The position numbers and the translations under genes are program-made. Shown here in pieces: positions 28,175-36,241 of a DNA stretch of 64,000 bases. The notes beneath the pieces are model-generated. The model worked only from the letters and a program-made list of their open reading frames with translations. It did no database searches and had not been told where the DNA came from. The DNA lies in the NCBI GenBank assembly GCA_964401135.1, contig CAYNXC010000003.1:8848-72847 (forward strand), given 5' to 3'. The DNA is from an uncultured Candidatus Saccharibacteria bacterium. Lineage in GTDB: Bacteria; Patescibacteriota; Minisyncoccia; Phycocordibacterales; UBA9988. Position 1 is the stretch's first letter. Each line of letters begins with the position of its first letter.

Positions 28175-29467
28175 ATGAAATCTTTAGGAAAAAAACTTGT
28201 CGTTACCCTTCTTACTCACTGCTCAAGACGAGTGCTCTCTCGCTATGCGCCAAGTATCGTGGCGATCACTGGGAGTGTGGGTAAAACTTCTACCAAGGAT
28301 GCTATTGCGATAGTGCTCGGGACTGAATATCACATACGTGCGAGTCAAAAAAGTTTTAACAGTGAGCTGGGCGTGCCTCTGACCATACTAGGGCTAGAGA
28401 ATGCTTGGTGGAGTCCACTTGGTTGGATACAAAATATCCTCCGTGCGTTTTCTCTTGCATATGGGGCACGAACACAGTATCCCGAGTGGTTGGTGCTGGA
28501 AGTGGGAGCAGATAGGCCAGGAGATATTGCTCGTGTTACTCGTTTTGTGAAGCCGAGTATTGCCGTCATTACACGCATCGGAGAGATCCCAGTACATGTG
28601 GAGCACTTTGCGACACCGAGAGACGTAGCGCATGAAAAGGCAGGACTCGCGTACGCGCTCCCTTCTGACGGTACACTCATCATCAATGCAGATGACGACA
28701 AGGTGAGAGCTATTGGCGCCGCATATAAGGGAACTGTGCTTAGTTACGGATTTACTGACGATTCACTGGTGCGAGCCTCAAACGCACAGATAATGTATGA
28801 TGATGACAGGCCAGTTGGCATTGCCTGTAAGGTTGATGTGAGTGGCAAGAGTATGCCGCTCCGCCTCAAAGATGTGTTTGGTGAGCATGGCATTAGCGCT
28901 GCTCTTGCCGGCATCGCAGTTGGTTCTGCCGTACACATCAATCATATTGCCTGTATAGAAGCTCTCGGAGACTTGCAACCCGCACCGGGACGCCTGCGCC
29001 TCATTGACGGGGTACGAGGGACACTTATCCTGGATGACTCATATAATGCGTCTCCTGTGGCGGTACTTGCCGCATTAGACACCCTACACACGATGAAGGT
29101 GAGAGGGAGAAAAATTGCCGTACTGGGCGATATGATGGAGTTAGGAGCCTATTCGCCCGATGCACACCGTAAGGTAGGGAAGCGAGTGGCAGGTATTGTG
29201 GATATTCTCTACCTTGTTGGTACACGAGCAAAGTTTATTGGCGAAGGAGCGCGAGAGGATGGGATGAACCCAACAAAGATAAAAACATTTGATGAATCAG
29301 CGGCGGCAGGACGCGCGCTTGAGCACGACTTAAAACAAGGTGACCTGATACTGGTAAAGGGATCACAGTATGTACGAATGGAGCGCGCAATTGTTGAAAT
29401 AATGGCAGGACCAGAACGAGCTCCAGAATTGTTGGTGCGGCAAGAGGAGGAGTGGAAGAGAAAATAG
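28175..29467 (+). CDS. murF: Mur ligase, MurF-like (UDP-MurNAc-tripeptide--D-Ala-D-Ala ligase) lacking the usual N-terminal domain
   Basis: The P-loop ITGSVGKTSTK sits about 30 aa from the start. The blocks NSELGVPLTIL, DDSYNASP and VLGDMMELG are typical of MurF. I use the ATG at 28175 (MKSLGKK); the track ORF start at 28091 would overlap ftsI. Confidence 0.78.
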   Translation: MKSLGKKLVVTLLTHCSRRVLSRYAPSIVAITGSVGKTSTKDAIAIVLGTEYHIRASQKSFNSELGVPLTILGLENAWWSPLGWIQNILRAFSLAYGARTQYPEWLVLEVGADRPGDIARVTRFVKPSIAVITRIGEIPVHVEHFATPRDVAHEKAGLAYALPSDGTLIINADDDKVRAIGAAYKGTVLSYGFTDDSLVRASNAQIMYDDDRPVGIACKVDVSGKSMPLRLKDVFGEHGISAALAGIAVGSAVHINHIACIEALGDLQPAPGRLRLIDGVRGTLILDDSYNASPVAVLAALDTLHTMKVRGRKIAVLGDMMELGAYSPDAHRKVGKRVAGIVDILYLVGTRAKFIGEGAREDGMNPTKIKTFDESAAAGRALEHDLKQGDLILVKGSQYVRMERAIVEIMAGPERAPELLVRQEEEWKRK

Positions 29468-29474
29468 ATAGAGA

Positions 29475-29510
29475 AAACGCCAACGGACACACTGTCCGTT
29501 GGCGTTTGTT
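29475..29510. terminator. bidirectional rho-independent terminator between convergent murF and the 29522..30340 gene
   Basis: A perfect 15-bp inverted repeat (AAACGCCAACGGACA, loop cac, TGTCCGTTGGCGTTT) flanked by A/T runs on both sides. Confidence 0.75.
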
Positions 29511-29521
29511 ACTAATCAAGA

Positions 29522-30340
29522 TCATTTCCTGAGGGAGCCTACCATCTTGAAGAAGAACTTCAGTTCGCGTCTCTCTTCTCGTTCTACGCTAGAGTCGGAG
29601 CGTGACCTCTCCAACTCGACAGATCGGGCAATGCGAGCATCTCTCTTCTCCTCTAGAGCGGTATCAATTGCTTTAATAAAGTTATTGGCAAGTACTAGAT
29701 GCCGTGTAGAATAGAGGCCTTCCAAAAATTGGGAAACATATTTGCGCGGAGAAAGGTAGTGGGATTTTTCACTCAGTAAAACAATACACTCTGCCAAGCC
29801 TCTCCCGCGTCCCGGATTAGAAAAGAGGTAAGAAGAAGCCTTCTCAATGGCATCTTCTTCACGGTAGCTACCATTACCACTCTCTTTCAAGTACATGACA
29901 GGTTCAAGGTACAGTAGCCTACAGAGAAACTCTGCAAACTCCTTTGCAGAACAGCATTCCACTAACCTTCTTAGCACACGGAATTGGTAAGCCCCGTACC
30001 CATTCCCAGGACGTAATCCTAGCTCATGTCCAAGTAAGAGTACTCTTTCTCCTATCCCTCTATTCACATAAAGGAATAACTTTCTAGAACGATACCTCAA
30101 GATAAGCCACCTGCCGTACAAGTAGCTCCAGCCGATGAAGACGCCGCACATGACACTCACGAAGATGTAGACGAGATATAAGTCTTGCGGGATGTCAAAG
30201 ATGTAGAATATGGAAGCTGAGAGGATAGAGAGAATTACGGACATAAGACTAAGTAGCCATACTCCTGAAGAAAAACAATTCAATTCCAAAAGTAAATCCT
30301 TCTTTCTTTTTGATCGTAGGCCCTTCTGCGTTGTCATCAT
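29522..30340 (-). CDS. hypothetical membrane protein
   Basis: 272 aa. The N-terminal third has 2-3 hydrophobic helices, and the remainder is a charged soluble region that includes GHELG. No confident family assignment. The true start may lie downstream of 30340. Confidence 0.5.
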   Translation of the reverse strand: MMTTQKGLRSKRKKDLLLELNCFSSGVWLLSLMSVILSILSASIFYIFDIPQDLYLVYIFVSVMCGVFIGWSYLYGRWLILRYRSRKLFLYVNRGIGERVLLLGHELGLRPGNGYGAYQFRVLRRLVECCSAKEFAEFLCRLLYLEPVMYLKESGNGSYREEDAIEKASSYLFSNPGRGRGLAECIVLLSEKSHYLSPRKYVSQFLEGLYSTRHLVLANNFIKAIDTALEEKRDARIARSVELERSRSDSSVEREERRELKFFFKMVGSLRK

Positions 30341-30549
30341 GAGACTTCTCCTTATGCGTCTGAAGACGCGTAGTTTGTCCTTCCCGGGGGATGGGATGAG
30401 GTCAGGACCTCATCAGATAGCCTTGATTCTCAAGGTGCATGCTATATGTAATATATCACATAAACCCAATCCGTCAATACTTCCCAAAAGTAATAAAACT
30501 ATCACGGCCGTGAAAGTTTTATTACTGTATTGTAGGAGCGATGAAGGGC

Positions 30550-30578
30550 TTGAAAAAATGCTAAGAAAATGGATAATT
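30550..30578 (+). promoter_or_regulatory. candidate sigma70-like promoter (TTGAAA, 17 nt spacer, ATAATT) upstream of tRNA-Glu
   Basis: TTGAAA at 30550-30555, a 17-nt spacer and ATAATT at 30573-30578. The predicted transcript start is about 60 nt before the tRNA. Confidence 0.35.
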
Positions 30579-30643
30579 GGCGTGTCGGCCTACATCATCC
30601 AATATGGATGATCAGCCGAACATTCTCTTGCGCGAATGTTTTA

Positions 30644-30715
30644 GGCCTTATCGTCTAATGGTCAGGACACTACCCTCTCACGGTAGGAATCGGGGTTCGA
30701 ATCCCCGTAAGGTCA
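30644..30715 (+). tRNA. tRNA-Glu (anticodon CUC)
   Basis: I folded the cloverleaf by hand. The acceptor stem is GGCCTTA/TAAGGTC with one G-U pair. The D-stem is GTCT/GGAC. The anticodon stem is CTACC/GGTAG with loop CTCTCAC (U33, anticodon CTC, A37). The variable loop is 4 nt. The T-stem is CGGGG/CCCCG with a TTCGAAT loop, and the discriminator is A. The 3' CCA is not encoded. Confidence 0.85.
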
Positions 30716-30791
30716 TAGTGCGGGATAGTTGATTTTGAGTGTCATACGGAGTATTGTAATCATAGACACAGCAGTACATCTTTCTATGCGC

Positions 30792-30829
30792 CCGGACACC
30801 ACTTGCGGCCTGGTGTCCGGAGGTTTTTT
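30792..30829 (+). terminator. rho-independent terminator about 75 nt downstream of tRNA-Glu
   Basis: A 9-bp GC-rich stem (CCGGACACC, an 11-nt loop, GGTGTCCGG) followed by AGGTTTTTT. Confidence 0.75.
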
Positions 30830-30950
30830 ATGCAAACCGCTCTAATGAAAACGGATTGGTGAGATAAAAGATTCTAGGGAATATATCTCTTTCGATGCTT
30901 CACACGCTGGGCATGATCCATTACCTATTTTATTCTGCAGTAAGGACAAT

Positions 30951-30979
30951 TTGCATCAAATGTACTATACTGGTACAAT
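30951..30979 (+). promoter_or_regulatory. candidate sigma70-like promoter (TTGCAT, 17 nt spacer, TACAAT) for the 31010-32787 two-gene unit
   Basis: TTGCAT at 30951-30956, a 17-nt spacer and TACAAT at 30974-30979, about 30 nt upstream of the ATG at 31010. Confidence 0.45.
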
Positions 30980-31009
30980 CACTACATATTAGAATAAGAA
31001 ACTAACATT

Positions 31010-31381
31010 ATGTCTCTCAAATACTATTCTTTGCGTGGCGGAGTAGCAGGTCTATGTATCGCTGCGGTGATTATTGCCCTCAACTTTATTCAGCTCATCT
31101 ACACGGTACCCATGTCGCTCATTGGGCAGATGACTGGTGACGCGATACAAATTGCCGCACAATACCAATTAGTTGTCTTTGCGATCTTCGCGATTCTCTA
31201 TGGTCTGCTCGGTGGAGTCGGATACTGGTTCGCAAAAAAGAAGTGGCACTCAGTCACGATCGCAAGCATTAGTGCCTTCGTCCTAATGCTAGTCGTCTTC
31301 TCAATCCTCCTCACTCTCCGTATGAATATTCCACTCCCTGCACCTACTAACACTGTTCCAGCTGGTGTCCAGGTGCAATAA
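31010..31381 (+). CDS. hypothetical small polytopic membrane protein
   Basis: 123 aa with three or four hydrophobic helices. It ends 3 nt before the start of the Nramp-like gene. Confidence 0.5.
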   Translation: MSLKYYSLRGGVAGLCIAAVIIALNFIQLIYTVPMSLIGQMTGDAIQIAAQYQLVVFAIFAILYGLLGGVGYWFAKKKWHSVTIASISAFVLMLVVFSILLTLRMNIPLPAPTNTVPAGVQVQ

Positions 31382-31383
31382 CA

Positions 31384-32787
31384 ATGTCTCGATGGCCGGC
31401 ACTTGAAACAAGAGAACTTCCGTCAGCTCCAGGTTGGCAACACGCAGTTGGCGTAGGAATCATCGTCATGGGTATGGCAATGGGGACAGGGGAGCTCATC
31501 CTCTGGCCCCATTTAGTTACCAAGTTTGGCTTAGGGATACTCTGGCTTGCGCTTGTTGGCCTCGGACTCCAATACTTCATCAACCAAGAAATCGCACGGC
31601 ACACTGCCGCGACAGGTGAAAGCTTCTTCACTGCCTCTGCGCGGCTCTTTGGTTTTCTTCCTCCTTTTTGGATCCTTGCGGCTGTCCTCCTATACATTTG
31701 GCCCGGGTGGGCGAGTGTGCTTGGCACTATTTTGGCACAGCTCTTTGGTCTTGGCTCACATATCGTATGGGGGTGGGTATCTTTAGCACTGGTACTTGCA
31801 GTGACTTTTTTGGGTAATACTGCTTATCATGTACTAGAACGAGCACTAAAGGTCATTGTTCCACTCTTTCTCTTACTTCTCCTCATTGTCAGCTACCACA
31901 ACTTAGACTTCACCATACTCAAAAGTGCTCTCCTTGGCCTCACTAACATCGGCTACATACCCGAGGGGGCAGATATGAATATTCTCCTCGGCGCCATAGT
32001 CTTTGCTGGGGCTGGTGGTGTACTCAATCTTTGCATCTCTCTCTGGTACCGTGACAAGGGGCTCGGCATGGCGCACTATGCAGGGCGCATTGTAAATCCT
32101 GTCACGGGTAAACCAGAGGCAGTCTCGGTGACGGGGTACCGCTTCAACATCACCGAGGATTCTCTCTCTCGCTGGCGCGGGTGGATGCACTACATCTTCA
32201 TTGACCAAGGATTAATTTTCTTTACACTCGGCGTGCTCTCGCTCGTACTCCTATCTGTCAATGCTTATGTGGTACTTACTCCGCTCGGAATCGTTCCAGA
32301 GGGTACACGCGTAGCCATTGCGCAGTCCGAAATCTTTGCACAAGAGTGGGGAGTCATTGGAGAGAAGCTCTATCTTGTTATGGCTTACCTCATGCTTTTC
32401 TCGGTGATGTGGACAATCATTGACGCTCTCACCCGTATCATCTCTGACATAGTGCACACAAATACGAGAGTTGGTCCATTCGCCGGGCACTTCCACTGGT
32501 TAGAAAATATCTCTGTCCACCACCTCTACTACGGACTGATCGTGCTAGTTGTCTCTATCCAAGCTATTCTTTTACCTTTTAATCAACCACTCAGCTACCT
32601 TGTGCTCTCTTCATCACTCGGCGGCATTACTATGGCACTCTATACACCCATACTCCTCTATATGAATAAGCGCACACTCCCTCGAGAGCTCCGTCCCGGC
32701 ATCATCTCTACTATCGCGCTCATTACTGCGACTATCTTTTACACCTTCTTTGGTATTCATAGTATTTTAGCTACAATAGGATTATGA
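31384..32787 (+). CDS. Nramp/MntH-superfamily-like polytopic membrane transporter (divergent)
   Basis: 467 aa with 10-12 TM helices. The helix spacing is Nramp-like and there are loose block similarities to MntH. However, the canonical metal-binding motifs DPGN (TM1) and MPH (TM6) appear replaced, reading GTGE and GGVLN at the approximately aligned positions. Confidence 0.6.
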   Translation: MSRWPALETRELPSAPGWQHAVGVGIIVMGMAMGTGELILWPHLVTKFGLGILWLALVGLGLQYFINQEIARHTAATGESFFTASARLFGFLPPFWILAAVLLYIWPGWASVLGTILAQLFGLGSHIVWGWVSLALVLAVTFLGNTAYHVLERALKVIVPLFLLLLLIVSYHNLDFTILKSALLGLTNIGYIPEGADMNILLGAIVFAGAGGVLNLCISLWYRDKGLGMAHYAGRIVNPVTGKPEAVSVTGYRFNITEDSLSRWRGWMHYIFIDQGLIFFTLGVLSLVLLSVNAYVVLTPLGIVPEGTRVAIAQSEIFAQEWGVIGEKLYLVMAYLMLFSVMWTIIDALTRIISDIVHTNTRVGPFAGHFHWLENISVHHLYYGLIVLVVSIQAILLPFNQPLSYLVLSSSLGGITMALYTPILLYMNKRTLPRELRPGIISTIALITATIFYTFFGIHSILATIGL

Positions 32788-33809
32788 GGAAGTACCGAGT
32801 ATCAAGTGCCGGGTATCATGTCCTCGTGTGTGCGGTGTTTGTATTACTCGTGCTTACTCCATTCCGTGCACAAGCTTTTACGCGACTCTTCTATGCAAAT
32901 TATGCCTCCACCTCAGCAGCATCTTTTGCGGCACATGCAGATAAAGTTGATATAATCGCACCACAGGCATTCTCTTTTGATAGAAACGGGGTTGTCTCCG
33001 GAGAAATCCCCGCCAAGATACTCGCTACCGCGAGGGCAAAGGAGGCTAAATTAATGCCACTCGTTACCAATGGTACCTTTGAGGCAATTATCGCAACACG
33101 CATTGTGCGTAACCAGCGGGTGCAAGACTACCTCATCAGTTCATTGATCGCAATTGCAAAAGCACAGGGTTTCGCCGGATGGCAATTAGACATTGAGAAT
33201 ATGGATGCTTCCCACCGTGATCGTTACTCTCTCTTTATAGAGAAGGCTGCGCGAGAGTTCAAAAAAAACAATCTCCTCTTGAGTGTTGCCGTTGTCTCGC
33301 AAGTCTCTAATAATCCAGCAGACCATCCGCCACAGTCATGGAATGAATGGGCGGGCGTCTATGATTACACACGGATTGCGAAAGCTGTAGACTTTATGTC
33401 TATTATGGCCTACGACAGTCCGAGCGCTGCAGGGCCAACGGCGCCTCTTCCTTGGGTCAAACAGGTGGTAGCACACGCGACCTCCTCTGCCCCTACTGCA
33501 AAAATCTCTCTCGGTATCCCTAACTTCCACTGGGAGTGGACGGTGAACAAGAGCTTTAAGGTGAGTTCGGGTAGTTACCGCTATGTTTCCGTCCTCCTCG
33601 CGAACTCAAAAAACCCTCGTGGCTATGACGAGAAGCTTGGTGCTTCGTGGGTAAAGTATCAGACTAAGCGCGGTGACTGGCGTATTGTGTGGTACGAAGA
33701 TGCGCACAGTATGGGTGAGAAGATACGATTTGCAAAAGAAAATGGGCTCGCTGGATTCTCTATGTGGGTCTTGGGACTTGAAGATCCTGCTCTCTGGGAT
33801 ACACTCTAG
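32784..33809 (+). CDS. secreted glycoside hydrolase family 18-like protein (YaaH/chitinase-like)
   Basis: An N-terminal signal/anchor helix, then a GH18 catalytic-strand motif of the form DG(I/L)DIDWE, here GWQLDIENM, and a downstream MAYD block. Confidence 0.68.
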   Translation: MRKYRVSSAGYHVLVCAVFVLLVLTPFRAQAFTRLFYANYASTSAASFAAHADKVDIIAPQAFSFDRNGVVSGEIPAKILATARAKEAKLMPLVTNGTFEAIIATRIVRNQRVQDYLISSLIAIAKAQGFAGWQLDIENMDASHRDRYSLFIEKAAREFKKNNLLLSVAVVSQVSNNPADHPPQSWNEWAGVYDYTRIAKAVDFMSIMAYDSPSAAGPTAPLPWVKQVVAHATSSAPTAKISLGIPNFHWEWTVNKSFKVSSGSYRYVSVLLANSKNPRGYDEKLGASWVKYQTKRGDWRIVWYEDAHSMGEKIRFAKENGLAGFSMWVLGLEDPALWDTL

Positions 33810-33812
33810 TAG

Positions 33813-34883
33813 ATGGGATACCTTGGATACATTGCAGTAGCACTCATTGCAGGGCTCACCGTGGCTCTGGTATTGTCGTTGCGTCGCCAAGGAGGAGGGG
33901 AGTATGAAGGAGATGGAACTATGCTTCTCCAGGCACAACTTGCAGAGTTGGTACGAGCTAATCAAGAGCTATCCAATACCGTCTCTCTGCGCCTCACTGA
34001 GAGTGAGAGGCACATGTCCGACACGATGCACAACCAAATGAAAAGTTCTTCTGATATCGTGCGTGATGTGACCGAAAAATTAACACGTTTAGACGAGACT
34101 AATAAACAAGTGGTATCTTTTGCTGATCAGCTCAAAAGTCTCCAAGATATTTTAAAAAATCCAAAACAGCGTGGGATACTGGGAGAGTACTACCTTGAGA
34201 CTCTTCTTAAAAATGTGCTCCCGGTGGGGAGCTACCAGATGCAGTACCTCTTCTCTGATGGTACCATTGTAGACGCGGTTGTTTTTGTGCGCGACAAAAT
34301 AATCCCTATAGATTCAAAATTCTCATTGGAGAATTACAATCGCCTTGTAGAAGAGCGGAGCGATGAGGGACGAGAACGCTTAGAGAAAGCCTTCAAGGCT
34401 GACTTAAAAAATAGGATAGACGAGACGGCAAAGTATGTAAAGCCGTCAGAGAATACGATGGATTTTGCCTTTATGTTTATCCCACATGAGGCTATCTACT
34501 ACGATCTCTTAGTTGCACAGGTTGGTACCGTTAAGATTAATACGCGAGACCTCATTGAGTACGCCTTCAAGGAGAAGCATGTCATTATCGTCTCACCAAC
34601 CTCATTCTTAGCCTACCTCCAGACCGTTCTCCAAGGGCTCAAAGCACTCCAAATAGAGGAGTCCGCCAAGGAGATTAGAAAGCGCGTAGAAGAGTTAGGG
34701 AAGCATATTGGGGTCTATAATGAGTATTTCCATAAACTAGGGATCTCTCTCGGCACAAGCGTCAGCCACTATAACAATGCCTATAAGGAGTTTAAGAAGA
34801 TAGACAAGGATGTATACCGTATTTCTGGCAGGAGTGCCGAGGTGGAGACCCTCGTACTAGAGAAGCCAGAGGAGGATAATTGA
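33813..34883 (+). CDS. rmuC: DNA recombination protein RmuC
   Basis: 356 aa with an N-terminal TM helix, a long coiled coil, then the RmuC C-terminal nuclease-like domain (FAFMFIPHEAIYYD ... HVIIVSPTSF). Confidence 0.85.
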   Translation: MGYLGYIAVALIAGLTVALVLSLRRQGGGEYEGDGTMLLQAQLAELVRANQELSNTVSLRLTESERHMSDTMHNQMKSSSDIVRDVTEKLTRLDETNKQVVSFADQLKSLQDILKNPKQRGILGEYYLETLLKNVLPVGSYQMQYLFSDGTIVDAVVFVRDKIIPIDSKFSLENYNRLVEERSDEGRERLEKAFKADLKNRIDETAKYVKPSENTMDFAFMFIPHEAIYYDLLVAQVGTVKINTRDLIEYAFKEKHVIIVSPTSFLAYLQTVLQGLKALQIEESAKEIRKRVEELGKHIGVYNEYFHKLGISLGTSVSHYNNAYKEFKKIDKDVYRISGRSAEVETLVLEKPEEDN

Positions 34884-34922
34884 ACTTGCCTTTTTGGCTT
34901 ACTTTGCTACTATGGCAGGGTT

Positions 34923-35246
34923 ATGACATTCGCAATCATCAAAACAGGAGGCAAGCAGTATATAGCCCGAGAAGGGGAGATCCTTGTCGTAGAGCGACTC
35001 GCAAGCGCTGAGCCTCTCAAGGAAGGTGACACGGTCACCTTTGACGAGGTGCTTCTTGTCTCTGACGGAAAAGGTCTCGCTATTGGCAATCCTACTGTCA
35101 CAGGGAAAAAAGTACAAGCGACTTTCTCTTCAGAAATCCGCGAAGCAAAAAAGACCACCTACAAGTACAAGCCCAAGGCCCGCACGAGAGTGAAGCGAGG
35201 CTCACGACAATTTAAAGCAGAGGTCACCGTCTCTAAAATTTCTTAA
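34923..35246 (+). CDS. rplU: 50S ribosomal protein L21
   Basis: 107 aa. The N-terminus AIIKTGGKQY and the C-terminal basic tail KYKPKARTRVKRGSRQ are L21 signatures. Confidence 0.93.
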   Translation: MTFAIIKTGGKQYIAREGEILVVERLASAEPLKEGDTVTFDEVLLVSDGKGLAIGNPTVTGKKVQATFSSEIREAKKTTYKYKPKARTRVKRGSRQFKAEVTVSKIS

Positions 35247-35338
35247 TCCACAGTTTTACACTAGGTTAGATCTGCCTCGGCGAATTTTCTGTATACTTAA
35301 ATAAATAAAGGTCGAGTGATAATGAATAGATTTTCTCT

Positions 35339-35545
35339 ATGTCATCAAAAACACTCCATAACATTTCCTTTTTTCTGCTTGTAATTGGGGGGATCAACTG
35401 GTTCCTTTTTGTCCTCGGATATGAGCTCGGGAAGCTCTTCCTTGGAAGTATGTACGAGACGCCGGCTAAAGTTGTCTACATACTCATAGGGCTTTCTGCA
35501 TTCTATCAGTTGGTCACCCACAAGAAAGACTGCAAGATCTGCTAG
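35339..35545 (+). CDS. DUF378-family small membrane protein
   Basis: 68 aa with two TM helices and the DUF378 pattern (LLVIGGINW ... G ... L ... KVVYILIGLSAFYQL). Confidence 0.65.
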   Translation: MSSKTLHNISFFLLVIGGINWFLFVLGYELGKLFLGSMYETPAKVVYILIGLSAFYQLVTHKKDCKIC

Positions 35546-35562
35546 GTAAACTGAGTCCCTGA

Positions 35563-35604
35563 AAACACCGAGCGTTGAGACTCCTAAACATTCGGTGTTT
35601 TTGT
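35563..35604. terminator. bidirectional terminator between DUF378 gene (+) and recR (-)
   Basis: An AACACCGA / TCGGTGTT stem with an A-run upstream and a T-run downstream. Confidence 0.55.
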
Positions 35605-35611
35605 TGATTCA

Positions 35612-36238
35612 TTAACCGCGATGCCTGAGTGCCTCCAAAATGGTTTCATCATCTGAGTACTCCAATTCCGTACCGGTAGAGAGACCACGACCAAGCGTTG
35701 TTATGTTGAAACTATATTTTTTGACAAGTGGTTCGAGGAGCATACGCAGGTACTCGCTCGTATGATCTCCTTGCGGTGTTGCCGATAGAGCGAGGATGAG
35801 TTCAGAGAGACCGAGCCTGCCCGCCTCCTCAACACGGGCTAGGAGCTGAGATGTGCGTATGCGCGACTCTGGGCTCTTCTCCAAGATGGGAATGCTACCT
35901 CCAAGCACAAAGTAGTGTCCTTGGTACGCTCCCGTCTTGCGGATGTTATCCAAGTCAGCATCTTTCTCTACCAAGAGGAGAAGGCTCCTATCCTTTCCTT
36001 CATCAGAACATATGTCACAGAGAGAAGTGTATTTACTCTGTGGATGCAGCACGAAGTAACGCTGACAACTACCACATTGCGCAATATCTCGGCTTAGGCT
36101 ACCCACCAGGCGAGAGATCTCTGCCCGTTCTGCTGGCTCGAGCGTGAGTAGGTGGTACACAAATCGGCGCGCTTGCCGTGCGCCAATACCAGGGAAGTGC
36201 ATAAAGAGGTCAGCAAGACGGTGAAAACTCCCAGTCAT
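35612..36238 (-). CDS. recR: recombination protein RecR
   Basis: 208 aa with HhH (FPGIGARQARR), a C4 zinc finger (CGSCQ ... CDIC) and the Toprim domain. Confidence 0.93.
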   Translation of the reverse strand: MTGSFHRLADLFMHFPGIGARQARRFVYHLLTLEPAERAEISRLVGSLSRDIAQCGSCQRYFVLHPQSKYTSLCDICSDEGKDRSLLLLVEKDADLDNIRKTGAYQGHYFVLGGSIPILEKSPESRIRTSQLLARVEEAGRLGLSELILALSATPQGDHTSEYLRMLLEPLVKKYSFNITTLGRGLSTGTELEYSDDETILEALRHRG

Positions 36239-36241
36239 GAT

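Noticed and set aside
30400-30440. GAGGTCAGGACCTC element reminiscent of the SRP RNA domain IV GUCAGGUCC motif
   Set aside because: The surrounding sequence does not reproduce the conserved GGAA tetraloop and the AGCAGC strand of 4.5S RNA. The resemblance is limited to a few nucleotides.
30210-30611. 133-aa plus-strand ORF spanning the start of the 29522-30340 gene and the hairpin-rich intergenic region
   Set aside because: It overlaps the opposite-strand CDS start and runs through strong hairpins. It has no RBS and no family resemblance. I treat the region as non-coding.
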